A stretch of DNA of 63,228 nucleotides, filler included. It is 3 parts of 3 records of this genome, joined end to end, with 100 filler letters (N's around TTAATTAATTAA, not from the genome) between each part and the next. Parts side by side here need not be neighbours in the genome. Positions count along the whole stretch, not along the records: positions 30,699 to 52,396 come from SRR22947727_1898; 2 more parts are not named here. One strand, given 5' to 3'. The notes beneath the pieces were generated by a model that was not told the DNA's origin, made no database searches, and saw only the letters and a list, made by a program, of their open reading frames with translations. Below, one piece after another: positions 32,573 through 43,994 of this stretch. The translations under genes and the position numbers were made by a program. Within the stretch, counting starts at the first letter, position 1. Each line of letters starts with the position of its first letter.

Positions 32573-34395
32573 GAGGCCGCAAACCCTTGCTGGTACAGAT
32601 CTGCATACAGTCCATCAGCGCGGATTAAATCGCTGTGCGAGCCGGTCGCCACAACACGCCCTTCATCCATCACAACAATCATATCCGCACGCTCTACGGT
32701 GGACAGGCGGTGCGCAATCACTAGAGTGGTACGACCGGCCGAAGCGCGTTCCAAAGACGCCTGAATACCCGCCTCCGACTCGTTGTCCAGCGCCGATGTG
32801 GCCTCATCCAACACTAATATTGGGGCATCTTTCAGTACCGCTCGCGCAATCGCTAATCTTTGCCGTTGACCGCCTGATAAGCCGCCGCCGCCATCGCCCA
32901 ACACAGTCTCGACGCCCTGCGGTAGCGCGTCGACAAACGTGCTCGCATGCGCAGCCTCTAACGCTAACTGAATGGCCTCGTCAGTGACGTCATCGCCCTG
33001 GCCAAACGCAATATTGGCTCGAATCGTATCGCTAAAGAGCACCACGCGTTGCGATACCAGCGCAAACTGCCGACGATAATCGGCCAGCGTAAATGCTTCT
33101 ACCGGCTCACCGTCGAGCCGTATTTGCCCCGAAGCGGGCGCATAAAAACGGCAAAGCAGTTGAATCAAACTGGTTTTCCCCGCTCCAGAACGGCCCACAA
33201 AAGCCACCATCGCGCCCGCCGGTATATGGAGGCTCACCTCATCTAGCACGCTTCGATCTGATCCCGGATAGGCGAAGCTCACCCGATTGAACTCGATATC
33301 ACCACCCGCACGCGTCAGCGGCAGGGTACCGTTATCTGATTCGGGCTCAGTGTCGATCTGAGCAAAAAGATCCTCGGCAGCTGCCAGGCCACGCTGGATA
33401 ATACTTTGCACATTTGTCAGGGTCCGAATGGGCTTACCCAGCTGCGTCGCGGCCGCAATAAAAGCGACCAGTGAGCCGGGTGAAAAACCACTGAGAATGA
33501 TCGGGTCAAGCGCAACCCAAAACAGTGCACCCAACGCGATCGCCAATAAGATCTGCGCCACCGGAGTGGAGATTGCTTGGACAAAAGCCAGTTTCAGACT
33601 CTGTATCCGGTTGACTTGACTGGCTTCGGTAAAGCGTCTGTTCTGCTGCTCGCTGGCAGCAAACATTCTGATCTCCTCAAACGCATTCATGCTCTCGGTA
33701 CTGAGCTGCGTCACCTCACCCATTGACGCCTGTATGCGGCGACTATAACGCCTGAAATGACGGCCCACGATCACCACCACGCCAGCGAGTAGCGGCGCGA
33801 TAGCGAAGAACACCATGGTCAGCTTCCAATTTAAGTACAGCATGTAAGCAACCAACGCGATCACGGTGAGGCCATCTCTCAATATTGTTTTCAGCGCATC
33901 CGAAGAGGCGCCACTGACTTGCTCAACATTAAAAGTGAGCTTAGCAACGAGCTCCCCTTGAGTATGGCTATCGATGTACTGCTTAGGTGCCCGAATCAAC
34001 GCAGCAAACACTTCAACGCGCAGATAGTGCACAACGCCCCTGGCGACAATATTCATAAAATAGTTGCCGAAAAAGTAACCGCTGGCGCGCAGCAGTGACA
34101 GTACGATCGCCGCGACGGGCACGGCGATACGAGCATACTCTACGGCGCCCTTATCTCCTTGCGGCCACATCCAATGAGCCGCTTGTGACACGAACCCAAT
34201 ACCGATTTGAGGCGCGTCTCCCAGCGAATCGAGGAGAAACTGAGTCAAGTCGGCGAGTAACACGTTGGCAAGAGAATAGGCCAAAAAGCCGATGATGCTG
34301 AGCACAAATATACCGGTGTACCGCGTCACATAACTCAGCAGGCGCCGGTACAGTACCCAATCATTTTCTTTGCCTGCTGTGGTCTTCACGCACAC
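32569..34395 (-). CDS. msbA: lipid A export ABC transporter
   Basis: YRRLL.Y, TM domain + NBD (GRSGAGKT, LSGGQRQR, LDEATSALD); upstream of lpxK. Confidence 0.93.
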   Translation of the reverse strand: MCVKTTAGKENDWVLYRRLLSYVTRYTGIFVLSIIGFLAYSLANVLLADLTQFLLDSLGDAPQIGIGFVSQAAHWMWPQGDKGAVEYARIAVPVAAIVLSLLRASGYFFGNYFMNIVARGVVHYLRVEVFAALIRAPKQYIDSHTQGELVAKLTFNVEQVSGASSDALKTILRDGLTVIALVAYMLYLNWKLTMVFFAIAPLLAGVVVIVGRHFRRYSRRIQASMGEVTQLSTESMNAFEEIRMFAASEQQNRRFTEASQVNRIQSLKLAFVQAISTPVAQILLAIALGALFWVALDPIILSGFSPGSLVAFIAAATQLGKPIRTLTNVQSIIQRGLAAAEDLFAQIDTEPESDNGTLPLTRAGGDIEFNRVSFAYPGSDRSVLDEVSLHIPAGAMVAFVGRSGAGKTSLIQLLCRFYAPASGQIRLDGEPVEAFTLADYRRQFALVSQRVVLFSDTIRANIAFGQGDDVTDEAIQLALEAAHASTFVDALPQGVETVLGDGGGGLSGGQRQRLAIARAVLKDAPILVLDEATSALDNESEAGIQASLERASAGRTTLVIAHRLSTVERADMIVVMDEGRVVATGSHSDLIRADGLYADLYQQGFAAS

Positions 34396-34401
34396 TCCCG
34401 A

Positions 34402-34686
34402 TTACGGCTTCACGTTAGTCGCACTGGTCAGACTCGAGGGGTTCAATTGCCTCGCCACCGCCATTGCAGACACCACAAACTGATGTGGGGTCATCGCGTC
34501 AGCCAACAAGTCCATAGAAATGTCAGTATTGCCACTGAGCATTCTCTTTCGCTCGCGCCGAAGGTCCTCAGCATCGCCGTAAAGGGGCTTAGGGTTCAAT
34601 GACATATTACCGGCCACATCAATGGTCAACTCGATGCTTTGCTCCGTGACAAATGCCGCACCCGTCACCTCGGGCAAGCCAATCAC
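34402..34686 (-). pseudogene. ExbD/TolR remnant (periplasmic part only)
   Basis: LP..., IELTID..G, AD..TPHQ.VV.AM..A..L match the ExbD C-terminal domain; the N-terminal TM with the essential Asp is absent and there is no exbB upstream. Confidence 0.65.
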
Positions 34687-34749
34687 TCACTCCCCCTCGC
34701 ATTTAGCCTCTCAGTATACCGGCCCCATCGCAGAGCCCCCAAGATGACG

Positions 34750-37002
34750 TTAGGGTAAGGTCAGCCAGTAGGGCGACCATCGAGTTCGCTGGCGAGTCGG
34801 CTTAACACCCGAGCCTCGATCCAGTCGCAGCACTATGGCACCCTCGGTGGCCGTATTCAAAACAACCGCCTCCCCCGCCTGCGCTAATCGCATTAACACT
34901 TCATCATGAGGGTGGCCAAAGGCATTGGCGAAGCCGGCGCTGATCAAGGCCCAATCAGGGCGTGCCCACTTCAACAGGGCATAACTTGTTGAGAATCGAC
35001 TGCCATGATGCGCTACCACTAAGTGGGTGGCCGCCAATGCTTCTCGCCAAAACCGGACCAACTCTTTTTCTTTCAGCGATGACATATCGCCGAGCACCAG
35101 CACACGTGTCTCGGCAGTGCTAATCAACAGCGCACAAGATTGGTCATTACGACTCACCTCGTCTTGGCCGGTTCCATTAAGAATCAGAAACTCCACCTGG
35201 TTCCAACCCCATCGCTCGCCATTACGACAGGGTTCGCCAGCAAAGCCCAAGTGACGCCCAATGGGAATCTGCTGCTTGATGACATCGAGACCGCCGCTGT
35301 GATCACGATCACCATGACTGACAATCAAAGCGTCAAGCGCATCAATACCGTGAAGCCTAAAATAAGGCAGAAGGACTTTGTCCGCCTGGGTGAGCTGATC
35401 GGGTCTGCCATCTCCCGTATCGTAGAGCAATGCCCGATCTCCCGACCGCACGATTAAGGCCAAGCCTTGTCCGACATCGAGTAGCGTCAGCGTGACCCCC
35501 TCACGCGCCTCATTGAGCTGAACCGCACTCAAGGCAGCCCCGAGGAGCAGCGCAACAGCGCATCGGGGGTAACGAGCCCAGAGCCCCAACGCCAGCACTC
35601 CCATCGAGAAGCCCATCCAGCTTAGGCCGCTCTGAATCACACCGATCGCTCGAAAATACGACAATACAAACGAAAGAGCAGGTAATAGGGATTCCCAAAT
35701 AATTCGACAGATCCACCACAGACCCTCCGCTAAAGCCGGGATGAACTCTGACAGAACAAGGCCGATCAAGCCCAGCGGCACCATCACCATCGTCACCAAT
35801 GGCACTAACACCAGGTTAGTCGCCACGCCTAACAAGCTCGCCTCGCCGAACCAAAAAAGCGTCAGCGGCGTCATAAATAGCACCATTTGCATCTGCAGGG
35901 TCACCAAACCGGAGATCCCCCGGGATCCTCGCAGACCACTGACCAGCAACCACGTCGCCGAGGCACTGAGCCAAAAGCTAGCGCCCAATAACACTCGGGG
36001 ATTCCATAGCACCATCGCGACAAGGGCCAACAATAACGCCCGGTGACCCCGCGTTGACCATCCGAGTATTGAGGGCACCTGAGTCATCGCTAGCATTAAA
36101 TACGCCCGGGTCACCGGCAACGTCGCACCGACCAACAGCGCGTAAGCGCCCGTGATCCCCAGCACCGCAACGGAAATGGCGCGACCTCGACCGCACTCAC
36201 CGGGAAAAGTGAAGAATCGACGCGGCAGACCCAACATCAACTGACACATCGCCGCCAGTAAACCGATATGCAGGCCGCTAATAATAAGGATATGAACCAC
36301 ACCCAGATGACGGAAATCACGCCACCTGTCGTGATCAATGCCTCGGGTATCACCCAACAGCAGTGCGCGCAAAATGACCCAGCCTTCTCCGACTCTCTCG
36401 GACCATGCCGCTAATCTTCTCGATCTAAATTGATGGAGAGGGCTCCCCTCCTCGAGGAGTCGCCACTCGCCTTTCACACTCCCGCTCGCATCTAGAGCGC
36501 GACTGGCAAACCGAGCTTGATCCGGAAAACTACCGGGGTTCCATTGACTCGGCAGTGGTTTTAGCTGGACTCGAGCGGACACGGTAGTGCCGTAACGCAT
36601 CGCTTTATGCTGTTCTGTGGCCGTTAGGTACTGGCGAATCAACAGACGGCGAGGTCCCTGACAGTGCGGCTCAACGATAACCACCCGGTCCATTTCAGCA
36701 CTCACCTGCCACTGATCGGCCATCAGTTGCTGCCAACGAGGCAATGTCGCAATGCGACCGATGACCGTTTGCTCTTGTCGGATGCAAGCCTCGGGCAATC
36801 GCGCCTCATGCCACAGCACACCATTGATCGCGCCCAACAGCAATCCAATAAGGCCCGCCAATAAGGGTATTGGCCGGCAATAACGGGCCACCGGTAGCAA
36901 CAGCGCAGCACCCAAACCCCAGTAAGGTGTGGGCAGGAATAAGCTCGAACCCGCCCCTAAGAGCAAAGCCGTCAAATCACGATCTCGCAGTGGCATCATC
37001 AA
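34750..37002 (-). CDS. comEC: DNA internalization competence protein ComEC/Rec2
   Basis: ALLLGD, H..IISGLH, LDVGQG, SHGDRDH.GG, HHGS, FGHPH. Confidence 0.92.
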   Translation of the reverse strand: MMMPLRDRDLTALLLGAGSSLFLPTPYWGLGAALLLPVARYCRPIPLLAGLIGLLLGAINGVLWHEARLPEACIRQEQTVIGRIATLPRWQQLMADQWQVSAEMDRVVIVEPHCQGPRRLLIRQYLTATEQHKAMRYGTTVSARVQLKPLPSQWNPGSFPDQARFASRALDASGSVKGEWRLLEEGSPLHQFRSRRLAAWSERVGEGWVILRALLLGDTRGIDHDRWRDFRHLGVVHILIISGLHIGLLAAMCQLMLGLPRRFFTFPGECGRGRAISVAVLGITGAYALLVGATLPVTRAYLMLAMTQVPSILGWSTRGHRALLLALVAMVLWNPRVLLGASFWLSASATWLLVSGLRGSRGISGLVTLQMQMVLFMTPLTLFWFGEASLLGVATNLVLVPLVTMVMVPLGLIGLVLSEFIPALAEGLWWICRIIWESLLPALSFVLSYFRAIGVIQSGLSWMGFSMGVLALGLWARYPRCAVALLLGAALSAVQLNEAREGVTLTLLDVGQGLALIVRSGDRALLYDTGDGRPDQLTQADKVLLPYFRLHGIDALDALIVSHGDRDHSGGLDVIKQQIPIGRHLGFAGEPCRNGERWGWNQVEFLILNGTGQDEVSRNDQSCALLISTAETRVLVLGDMSSLKEKELVRFWREALAATHLVVAHHGSRFSTSYALLKWARPDWALISAGFANAFGHPHDEVLMRLAQAGEAVVLNTATEGAIVLRLDRGSGVKPTRQRTRWSPYWLTLP

Positions 37003-37171
37003 CTGGAAAGACCCACTGGATCAGTCAACCGGGGTCTCGCTAATCGTTTTTCGTACGCACGCGATCAGTTCACCAATTAATGCCGGTATTCAAAACATCT
37101 GTGGACAAATAGGCTCACTAAAGGATTATCATGACGCCACCCACTCATCACTTTCCGACACGAACCCCCGG

Positions 37172-37690
37172 ATGCTGAAAAAATATCTTACGAAATGGAT
37201 CCCTAATCCAAGTCGGTTACGACAACATCGATCACTACGATTGTTTGGCAGCTGGACGGAGGAGTCTCGGCTTTGGCATCTGAGTCGACAAAGTGCATCG
37301 AAGGCGTTCGCCATTGGCTTGTATTGCTGCATGCTGCCGATACCCGGGCAAATGTTCACGGCGGTGGCCTTAGCCATTATCTTTACCGCTAATCTGCCGA
37401 TCAGCTTCGCCTTGATCTTCATTACCAACCCATTAACGATGCCAGCGATTTTTTATGGGGCTTATAAGTTAGGCGCCTGGATCATCGGTACCGATCCCAT
37501 CGAGGTAGAATTTCAAGCCTCTTGGACATGGTTTACCCAAAGTTTGGACGAAATCTGGATACCGCTGGTGGTGGGCTCGCAGGTTCTCGGTATTCTGCTC
37601 GCAGGACTCGGTTATTTGTTAATCGATGCCTTGTGGCGCAATGCTATCAAGCGTCAGTGGGCGGCCCGCCAGCGTAAGCGGAATCAGTGA
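37172..37690 (+). CDS. DUF2062 family membrane protein
   Basis: LW..SR.S...AFAIG, P.PGQ, ANLP, TNPLT; conserved position between lolE and comEC. Confidence 0.85.
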   Translation: MLKKYLTKWIPNPSRLRQHRSLRLFGSWTEESRLWHLSRQSASKAFAIGLYCCMLPIPGQMFTAVALAIIFTANLPISFALIFITNPLTMPAIFYGAYKLGAWIIGTDPIEVEFQASWTWFTQSLDEIWIPLVVGSQVLGILLAGLGYLLIDALWRNAIKRQWAARQRKRNQ

Positions 37691-38889
37691 GCCAGCGTCT
37701 CCGCCACGGGCAATGAAGCGGCTCGAAGCGCCGGTACCATGGAGGCCAACACAGAGAGCGCCATGGCAATCGCCGACGTCGTCGCAAAATCCTGCCATCG
37801 AATATCGACCGGAACGAAAGCCAATGGATACACGTCTGTTTCGAGCAACGGATAATCCAGCCACTGCTCGATGACCGTTGCCATATCGGGGGCGAAGAAG
37901 GCCATCACGACCCCCAGGATCATGCCAAGTGTGCAGCCCACTGCACCAATCATCGCGCCCTGCAAAAAAAATATCGTGACAATATCCGACGCTCGAGCGC
38001 CCATCGCCGCTAACATCGCGATCACCTTGCGACGGTCTGTGACCACTAGCATTAGCGCCGACACCACGTTAAAAGCGGCGACAAAAATAACAACCAGTAA
38101 AATAAGCCCAATCAAGTCACGTGACAGCTGAATGGCGGAGTAGAGATTACCGTGAGTCCGTCTCCAGTCTGTCACGTGAAATTCCGACGGGACCTGCTGA
38201 GCCACTTGCCAGCGCATCTGACTGGCGGCAAAAACATCCACTAACTGCAGCGCCAACCCTGTCGTCACCCTATTTGATGCCGCGAAAGGCTCAATCGTAT
38301 CGTGATGAACCAATGCGAGCACCTCATCTAACTCTGTTTTAGAATCGAGAACCGCCGATAAGCGAACGCGAATCGGCTCAAATCCCACGGTCTTCTCTGC
38401 CGGTAAAATGAACGTCACCCAATCGCCCACCGCCAATTCAAGCCGCGACGCCAGTGCGGCGCCCAGAATCAACCCGTCAGTATCCCACCCGGACAACGCC
38501 GGCTTTACTAGGCGCGCATAATGGGCAATCGATTCCTCGCCTACCGTACTCAAGCGCGCCGCCGTGACAGATTGACCGCGTAGCAATAAGGCATCGGCCG
38601 AGGCAAAAAAGCGTACCCTGGCGATACCGGGATCACGCGACAGCTGATCCTCCAGCACACGCCACGATGTCGACGCATCAGCGCTGGTCACTTCGACATG
38701 AGGTACCAAAGACAGTATGCGCTCCCGCATTTCCAAGTCGAATCCGTTCATGACCGACTGAACGGTCAGCAGAATCGCGATTGCCAATGCCATACCAACG
38801 ATCGCAATGCGGGATAAAAAGGCAGACAGGCCGTGGCCCGGATCGAGTGTTTGCCGGAGAGCGATATCAAAACGCAGTCGCCACGGCAC
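37684..38889 (-). CDS. lolE: lipoprotein-releasing ABC transporter permease
   Basis: SVMNGF, DW...HGNLY.AI, VAAFN, GA, PA.RAA; third gene of lolCDE. Confidence 0.85.
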   Translation of the reverse strand: MPWRLRFDIALRQTLDPGHGLSAFLSRIAIVGMALAIAILLTVQSVMNGFDLEMRERILSLVPHVEVTSADASTSWRVLEDQLSRDPGIARVRFFASADALLLRGQSVTAARLSTVGEESIAHYARLVKPALSGWDTDGLILGAALASRLELAVGDWVTFILPAEKTVGFEPIRVRLSAVLDSKTELDEVLALVHHDTIEPFAASNRVTTGLALQLVDVFAASQMRWQVAQQVPSEFHVTDWRRTHGNLYSAIQLSRDLIGLILLVVIFVAAFNVVSALMLVVTDRRKVIAMLAAMGARASDIVTIFFLQGAMIGAVGCTLGMILGVVMAFFAPDMATVIEQWLDYPLLETDVYPLAFVPVDIRWQDFATTSAIAMALSVLASMVPALRAASLPVAETLAH

Positions 38890-39566
38890 TATGACTGCTC
38901 CAACCGTCCAGCTTTTAACATCAGTTGTCGGTCCATTTGATTCGCAATCATCGGATCGTGGGTGACAACAATGAATGCCGTAGCACTCGCTCTTAGGGTT
39001 GCCATCGCCGACAACACTTGGGCCGCTGTATCGGGGTCAAGATTACCCGTGGGCTCATCCATCAAGACGCAAGCCGGCTCGTTAACCAATGCTCGCGCAA
39101 TCGCTACCCGCTGACGCTCCCCTCCCGATAGTGCACCGGGGCGATGCGATAGACGGTCGGCAAGACCCAACTGTGCTAGTAAATCGCCAGCACGCCGATG
39201 CGCATCACGCTTGCTGATACCGCCGATACGCGCTGGCATGGCAACACTTTCGATCGCTGAGAACTCGGGCAATAGATGATGCATCTGAAAAACAAACCCT
39301 AAGCGCTGATTGCGCCAATAGCTACGCTCTCGGTCCGTCATGGCTGATAAACTCCGGCCGGCCACCCTAACATCACCAGATGTGGGGTTATCTAAGCCGC
39401 CTAATAAATTGAGTAACGTGGACTTACCGGCCCCAGAAGCACCCACCACCGCCACCCACTCTCCGGCGTTCATGTTGAGGTCCAAATCGGCCAGTACTTC
39501 AATATCGCGCAACCCATCGGAATACCGCTTCGTGAGCTGCTCAGCTTGCAGTACGGGATCAGACAT
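38889..39566 (-). CDS. lolD: lipoprotein-releasing ABC transporter ATP-binding protein
   Basis: GASGAGKST, LGFVFQ.HHLLPEF, LSGGERQRVAIARAL, DEPTGNLD. Confidence 0.93.
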   Translation of the reverse strand: MSDPVLQAEQLTKRYSDGLRDIEVLADLDLNMNAGEWVAVVGASGAGKSTLLNLLGGLDNPTSGDVRVAGRSLSAMTDRERSYWRNQRLGFVFQMHHLLPEFSAIESVAMPARIGGISKRDAHRRAGDLLAQLGLADRLSHRPGALSGGERQRVAIARALVNEPACVLMDEPTGNLDPDTAAQVLSAMATLRASATAFIVVTHDPMIANQMDRQLMLKAGRLEQS

Positions 39567-40806
39567 AGTTCAGCACCTCTGCAGCGGGAATGCGCGATGC
39601 GCGCCACGCCGGGTAGACACTCGCTACCACGCTCAACGTGAGGGCGGTGACCACAACAGCCACCACATCGCGCCACAGTAGGATAGAGGGCAATCCGCCA
39701 ATGTAATATACCGCGGGATCAAACAGAACGACCCCCATAGTCTGCTCAAACCATCGCGACAGATCGGGAACGAAAATGGCTAAGCCAATGCCCAGCGCCG
39801 CTCCTAGCGCAATGCCCACCAGGGCAAGCAGCAACCCATGTCCCAGAAAGAGCAGTAATAAATGGCGGGTCGATAATCCCAAGACCTGTAAAATCGCGAT
39901 ATCACCTCGCTTCTCGGTCACCGACATCGTCAGCGTCGAAATCAAATTGAACGCGGCAACCAAAATCACCGAAGCCAGTAATATCCCCACGGTGATTTTC
40001 TCCATCTTAATCGCCGCGAATAGTGACCCCTGTGAAGTCGTCCAATCACTCAAGGCCATCGGCGCGCTATTGAGCCCCCTGAAGGCGGCTTGGTCCGTCA
40101 AGGCAAGCTGGCGATCGGTTAGCTTTATCTGCACGCCCTGCCGGCCTGACCTTCCCAGCAGTCTGCGCGCCGTCTCATAGGACACATAAGCGTCTCTCGC
40201 GTCTGGCCCCGCTCCGACTGAAAATAACCCCACCACAGTCAGCAGTCGCGTCTTTGGGTAGATACCGAGCGGACTCACCGTGAGCCGCGGCAAGAACACC
40301 TCGACTTCATCGCCCGGTGACACCCGTAATAGCCGCGCAAGATCAGTGCCCAGAATAACGGAGAAAGATTGGTTGACGAGGGCGTCGAGTTCCCCCGACA
40401 CCAAATGCACGCCAAGATTGACCACGCCTGTGAGGCCGTCTGTAGGCGCGCCGATGAGCGTGGCACCTCGCGTGCGACCCCCTGCTTGCAGCAATGTCGT
40501 CGCCCGCCGGAATGGGGTGGCAGCCACCACGCCGGGCTGCCCCTCTGCCCGCCGAGCCAGTTCGCTCAGTCCGTCAGCGGTCGGGGCTGAGGGCTCAAGG
40601 ACTAAATCGGGGGTGACGGACAGTAAACGCTGATGCAGTTCACCGGAAAAGCCATTCATCACCGAGAGCACCATAATCAGTGCTGCTACTCCCAGCATCA
40701 TGCCAATGAGTGAGGCCATCGCCACAAAACGAGTGAATCGGCGCTGTCCACTGCCGAGGCTGAATCGAACAATAATCTCTAGGGGGAGCGGCATCTCAAT
40801 AGCCAT
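39559..40806 (-). CDS. lolC: lipoprotein-releasing ABC transporter permease
   Basis: LSVMNGF, LF.AIKMEK, VAAFN, YPAWRAS; first gene of lolCDE. Confidence 0.85.
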   Translation of the reverse strand: MAIEMPLPLEIIVRFSLGSGQRRFTRFVAMASLIGMMLGVAALIMVLSVMNGFSGELHQRLLSVTPDLVLEPSAPTADGLSELARRAEGQPGVVAATPFRRATTLLQAGGRTRGATLIGAPTDGLTGVVNLGVHLVSGELDALVNQSFSVILGTDLARLLRVSPGDEVEVFLPRLTVSPLGIYPKTRLLTVVGLFSVGAGPDARDAYVSYETARRLLGRSGRQGVQIKLTDRQLALTDQAAFRGLNSAPMALSDWTTSQGSLFAAIKMEKITVGILLASVILVAAFNLISTLTMSVTEKRGDIAILQVLGLSTRHLLLLFLGHGLLLALVGIALGAALGIGLAIFVPDLSRWFEQTMGVVLFDPAVYYIGGLPSILLWRDVVAVVVTALTLSVVASVYPAWRASRIPAAEVLNYV

Positions 40807-40837
40807 GAGACTCGATGACCTCAGTCCAATACTCGCA

Positions 40838-41071
40838 TCACCGACTTGACGAACGACTCTGATCGTCAGGATAAAACGTTTGAACCGTCGCCGGCGTCAT
40901 CTCACTGTCACAGCGCTGTGGATCGCCACCACAAATTTCGCACTCTTGATCAATTCCCACCGCACCGAGCCCACCACAGGAGCCTTTGATCGGTTCACGA
41001 CCGAATATCACGCCCACAGACATGATGGTAATGATCAAAACGAATACCAATAACGCGAGCAAAAATGTCAT
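40838..41071 (-). CDS. nqrM: Na+-NQR maturation factor NqrM
   Basis: TM + IKGSCGGL...C..CG motif; directly after apbE. Confidence 0.9.
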   Translation of the reverse strand: MTFLLALLVFVLIITIMSVGVIFGREPIKGSCGGLGAVGIDQECEICGGDPQRCDSEMTPATVQTFYPDDQSRSSSR

Positions 41072-41093
41072 GTTCTATTCCTTGAGTATCGGC

Positions 41094-42134
41094 TCACTTT
41101 GGAGGAGCCGCTTCTATCCATTGCGTCATGGCCGCACTCGTGACGGCTTCTAACTCATCCCCCGAGCGCTTCAACAAATACACAGCCAAATCGCGCTGCT
41201 CGGCGACTGACAGCGCCTGGCTAGATCCCATCACCGTCAATGCAGTCGCCCACGCATCCGCCATCATCGCAGAGCCATGCACCACTGTCACGGAGACAAG
41301 ATCGTGCTGAATGGGATAGCCGGTCAGTGGATTAATTAAGTGAGAATAACGCCGCCCTTCATGCTCAAAGAAGTTGCGGTAATCACCCGACGTCGCAATC
41401 CCCACGTCGGTCACCGCCAATGCTGCCTGCACGCCGCCCCGCACCCCTGCGAGCGGGCTTTCCACCGCAATCCGCCAGGTATCGCCGCGCGGGCTCAATC
41501 CCCGCACGCGCACCTCTCCCCCGACCTCCAGCATATAATGCCGAACACCGACATCATCCAATGCGTCGGCACCTAAGTCGACGGCATAACCTTTGGCTAA
41601 GGACGAGAAATCCAGCGACAGCCCCGACACCTTTTTAGTGAGCTGACGGATTTCAGGCTGCCAAGATAACTGCCCGACACCCACCGAACGCATCGCGTCC
41701 GCGATGGCTAGCGACGTGGGAAAACGCGTGGGCCCCTCTGGCCCAAACCCCCACAACTCGGACAGCGCACTCACCGTCACATCATAAGCACCGCCAGTCG
41801 CCTCAGTTAACGTCAAAGCAGTCGACAGTACGTAAGCAAAATCCCAATCGACCTCAACCGGCGCATCGGCAGGAAGCGTGTTGAAGCGGCTGATCAGGCT
41901 GGTCGACTGGTAGTGGTTCATGCTGTTGTTAACCAACTCGAAGACCGACTCCATCTCGGCACGAACCGCCGCAGGATCCACGGTATCGCCGACACCTGAA
42001 TAGGTCAGTGACCAGCTAGTGCCGAAGATAGCGCCGCCCATTGTGACGGGGCGATCAGCAAAACCACACCCCGCTAAACAGCAAAAAGCCAGCACAAGTG
42101 CTGGCCTTAAAACGCGCTGAGTATTCGATATCAT
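41094..42134 (-). CDS. apbE: FAD:protein FMN transferase (lipoprotein)
   Basis: LAGC lipobox, [31 protein letters not shown]. Confidence 0.93.
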   Translation of the reverse strand: MISNTQRVLRPALVLAFCCLAGCGFADRPVTMGGAIFGTSWSLTYSGVGDTVDPAAVRAEMESVFELVNNSMNHYQSTSLISRFNTLPADAPVEVDWDFAYVLSTALTLTEATGGAYDVTVSALSELWGFGPEGPTRFPTSLAIADAMRSVGVGQLSWQPEIRQLTKKVSGLSLDFSSLAKGYAVDLGADALDDVGVRHYMLEVGGEVRVRGLSPRGDTWRIAVESPLAGVRGGVQAALAVTDVGIATSGDYRNFFEHEGRRYSHLINPLTGYPIQHDLVSVTVVHGSAMMADAWATALTVMGSSQALSVAEQRDLAVYLLKRSGDELEAVTSAAMTQWIEAAPPK

Positions 42135-43354
42135 CCGCCGAAGTCGTCGAGGAAAATGTTCTCACGCTCGACCCCCAGATCCAGCAGCATATTGATGACG
42201 GCTGAATTCATCATCGGCGGGCCACACATGTAATACTCGCAATCCTCTGGCGCTGGATGATCTTTGAGATATTCCTCATAGAGCACATTGTGAATAAAGC
42301 CCGTTAGGCCCTCCCAATTATCTTCTGGCTGAGGGTCTGACAGCGCAACGTGCCAATTAAAATTCTCATTGGCCGCGTCCAATCCGTCATAGTCTTCGAC
42401 ATAGAACATCTCCCTCAATGAGCGGGCGCCATACCAAAAACTGATTTTGCGGTCGGTTCCCAGCCGCTTCAACTGGTCAAAAAGGTGCGAGCGCATCGGC
42501 GCCATACCGGCGCCACCGCCGATGTACACCATTTCGCTGCTGGTTTCTTTCGCAAAAAACTCGCCGAAAGGTCCGTACACATTCACCGTGTCGCCTGGCT
42601 TCAGATTAAACGCCCAGCTCGACATAATGCCTGGGGCAATTCCCTCGCTACCCGGCGGGGGTGTGGCAATACGAATATTAAACTTCACAATGCCTTTTTC
42701 TTCCGGGTAGTTTGCCATCGAATAAGCGCGAATCGTGGTGTCCTTGCAGCCCGATTCGATATTAAAAAATCCAAATCGCTCCCAATCGCCGCGGTACTCT
42801 TCCTCGACATCAAAATCGCTATATTTTACTTCGTGGGGCGGACACTCCAATTGCACATAGCCACCGGCGCGAAAGTCGACGCTTTCTCCTTCGGGCAGCC
42901 GCAAAACCAGCTCTTTGATGAAGGTGGCGACATTTTCGTTTGATTCCACCGTGCACTGCCACTGCTTAACGCCGAAGACCTCCTCGGGAACCTGAATTTT
43001 AAGGTCCTGCTTGACGGGGGTCTGGCAGGACAAGCGCCACCCTTCAGTCGCTTCGCGTCGCGTAAAATGAGACTCCTCGGTCGGGAGCATGGCACCGCCG
43101 CCCGTCTCAACAACACATTTACATTGTGCGCAGGTGCCGCCGCCGCCACAGGCACTCGCTAAAAACAAGTCAGCATCGGCCAATGTTTGCAGTAATTTTC
43201 CGCCGGCAGGCACTTCGATGGTTCGCTCGCCGTTAATTTCGATACTGATGTTGCCACTGGCAACCAGTCGGCTCCGTGCGGACAGGATCACTAACACCAA
43301 CGCGAGGATAATCGCGGTAAACATGCCAGTGCCATAAATGATGGTTATATCCAT
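42131..43354 (-). CDS. nqrF: Na+-translocating NADH:quinone reductase subunit F
   Basis: [45 protein letters not shown]. Confidence 0.97.
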   Translation of the reverse strand: MDITIIYGTGMFTAIILALVLVILSARSRLVASGNISIEINGERTIEVPAGGKLLQTLADADLFLASACGGGGTCAQCKCVVETGGGAMLPTEESHFTRREATEGWRLSCQTPVKQDLKIQVPEEVFGVKQWQCTVESNENVATFIKELVLRLPEGESVDFRAGGYVQLECPPHEVKYSDFDVEEEYRGDWERFGFFNIESGCKDTTIRAYSMANYPEEKGIVKFNIRIATPPPGSEGIAPGIMSSWAFNLKPGDTVNVYGPFGEFFAKETSSEMVYIGGGAGMAPMRSHLFDQLKRLGTDRKISFWYGARSLREMFYVEDYDGLDAANENFNWHVALSDPQPEDNWEGLTGFIHNVLYEEYLKDHPAPEDCEYYMCGPPMMNSAVINMLLDLGVERENIFLDDFGG

Positions 43355-43385
43355 TACGTGAACTCTCCCGTTCGATTTACCCTAT

Positions 43386-43994
43386 TTAAATGTCGATGCC
43401 ACCAAAGGACATAAAACCCAGTGACATCAGACCTACGGTAATAAAGGTGATGCCCAGACCTTGCAGGCCCTCAGGCACGTCACTGTACTTCAATTTTTCG
43501 CGAATGCCCGCGAGCGCAACGATCGCCAAGGCCCAGCCCACGCCAGCCCCGGCACCGAACACCGCACTCTCGGCGAGGTTGAAGCTTCGCTCTACCATCA
43601 ATAATGATGCACCTAAAATCGCACAGTTCACCGTTATGAGCGGCAAAAACACACCGAGCGTGGCGTAAAGAGCAGGGACATACTTATCGAGAAACATTTC
43701 TAGAATCTGCACCAGTGCTGCAATCACGGCGATATAGCTCAACAAGCCGAGAAAACTCAGGTCAACATCTGGCATCCCCGCCCAGCTCAAGGCCCCGTCG
43801 GCGAGCAAATTCTGATAAATCAAATTATTGACCGGAACGGTAATCGCCAACACCACAATGACCGCAACGCCCAATCCTGCTGCAGTCTGTATTTTCTTGG
43901 AGACGGCAAGGAAAGTGCACATGCCTAAGAAGAACGACAAGGCCATATTTTCAATAAAAACTGCCCGCACAAATAGGCTTAAATAGTGCTCCAT
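43386..43994 (-). CDS. nqrE: Na+-NQR subunit E
   Basis: MEHYLSLFV...[19 protein letters not shown]. Confidence 0.96.
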   Translation of the reverse strand: MEHYLSLFVRAVFIENMALSFFLGMCTFLAVSKKIQTAAGLGVAVIVVLAITVPVNNLIYQNLLADGALSWAGMPDVDLSFLGLLSYIAVIAALVQILEMFLDKYVPALYATLGVFLPLITVNCAILGASLLMVERSFNLAESAVFGAGAGVGWALAIVALAGIREKLKYSDVPEGLQGLGITFITVGLMSLGFMSFGGIDI

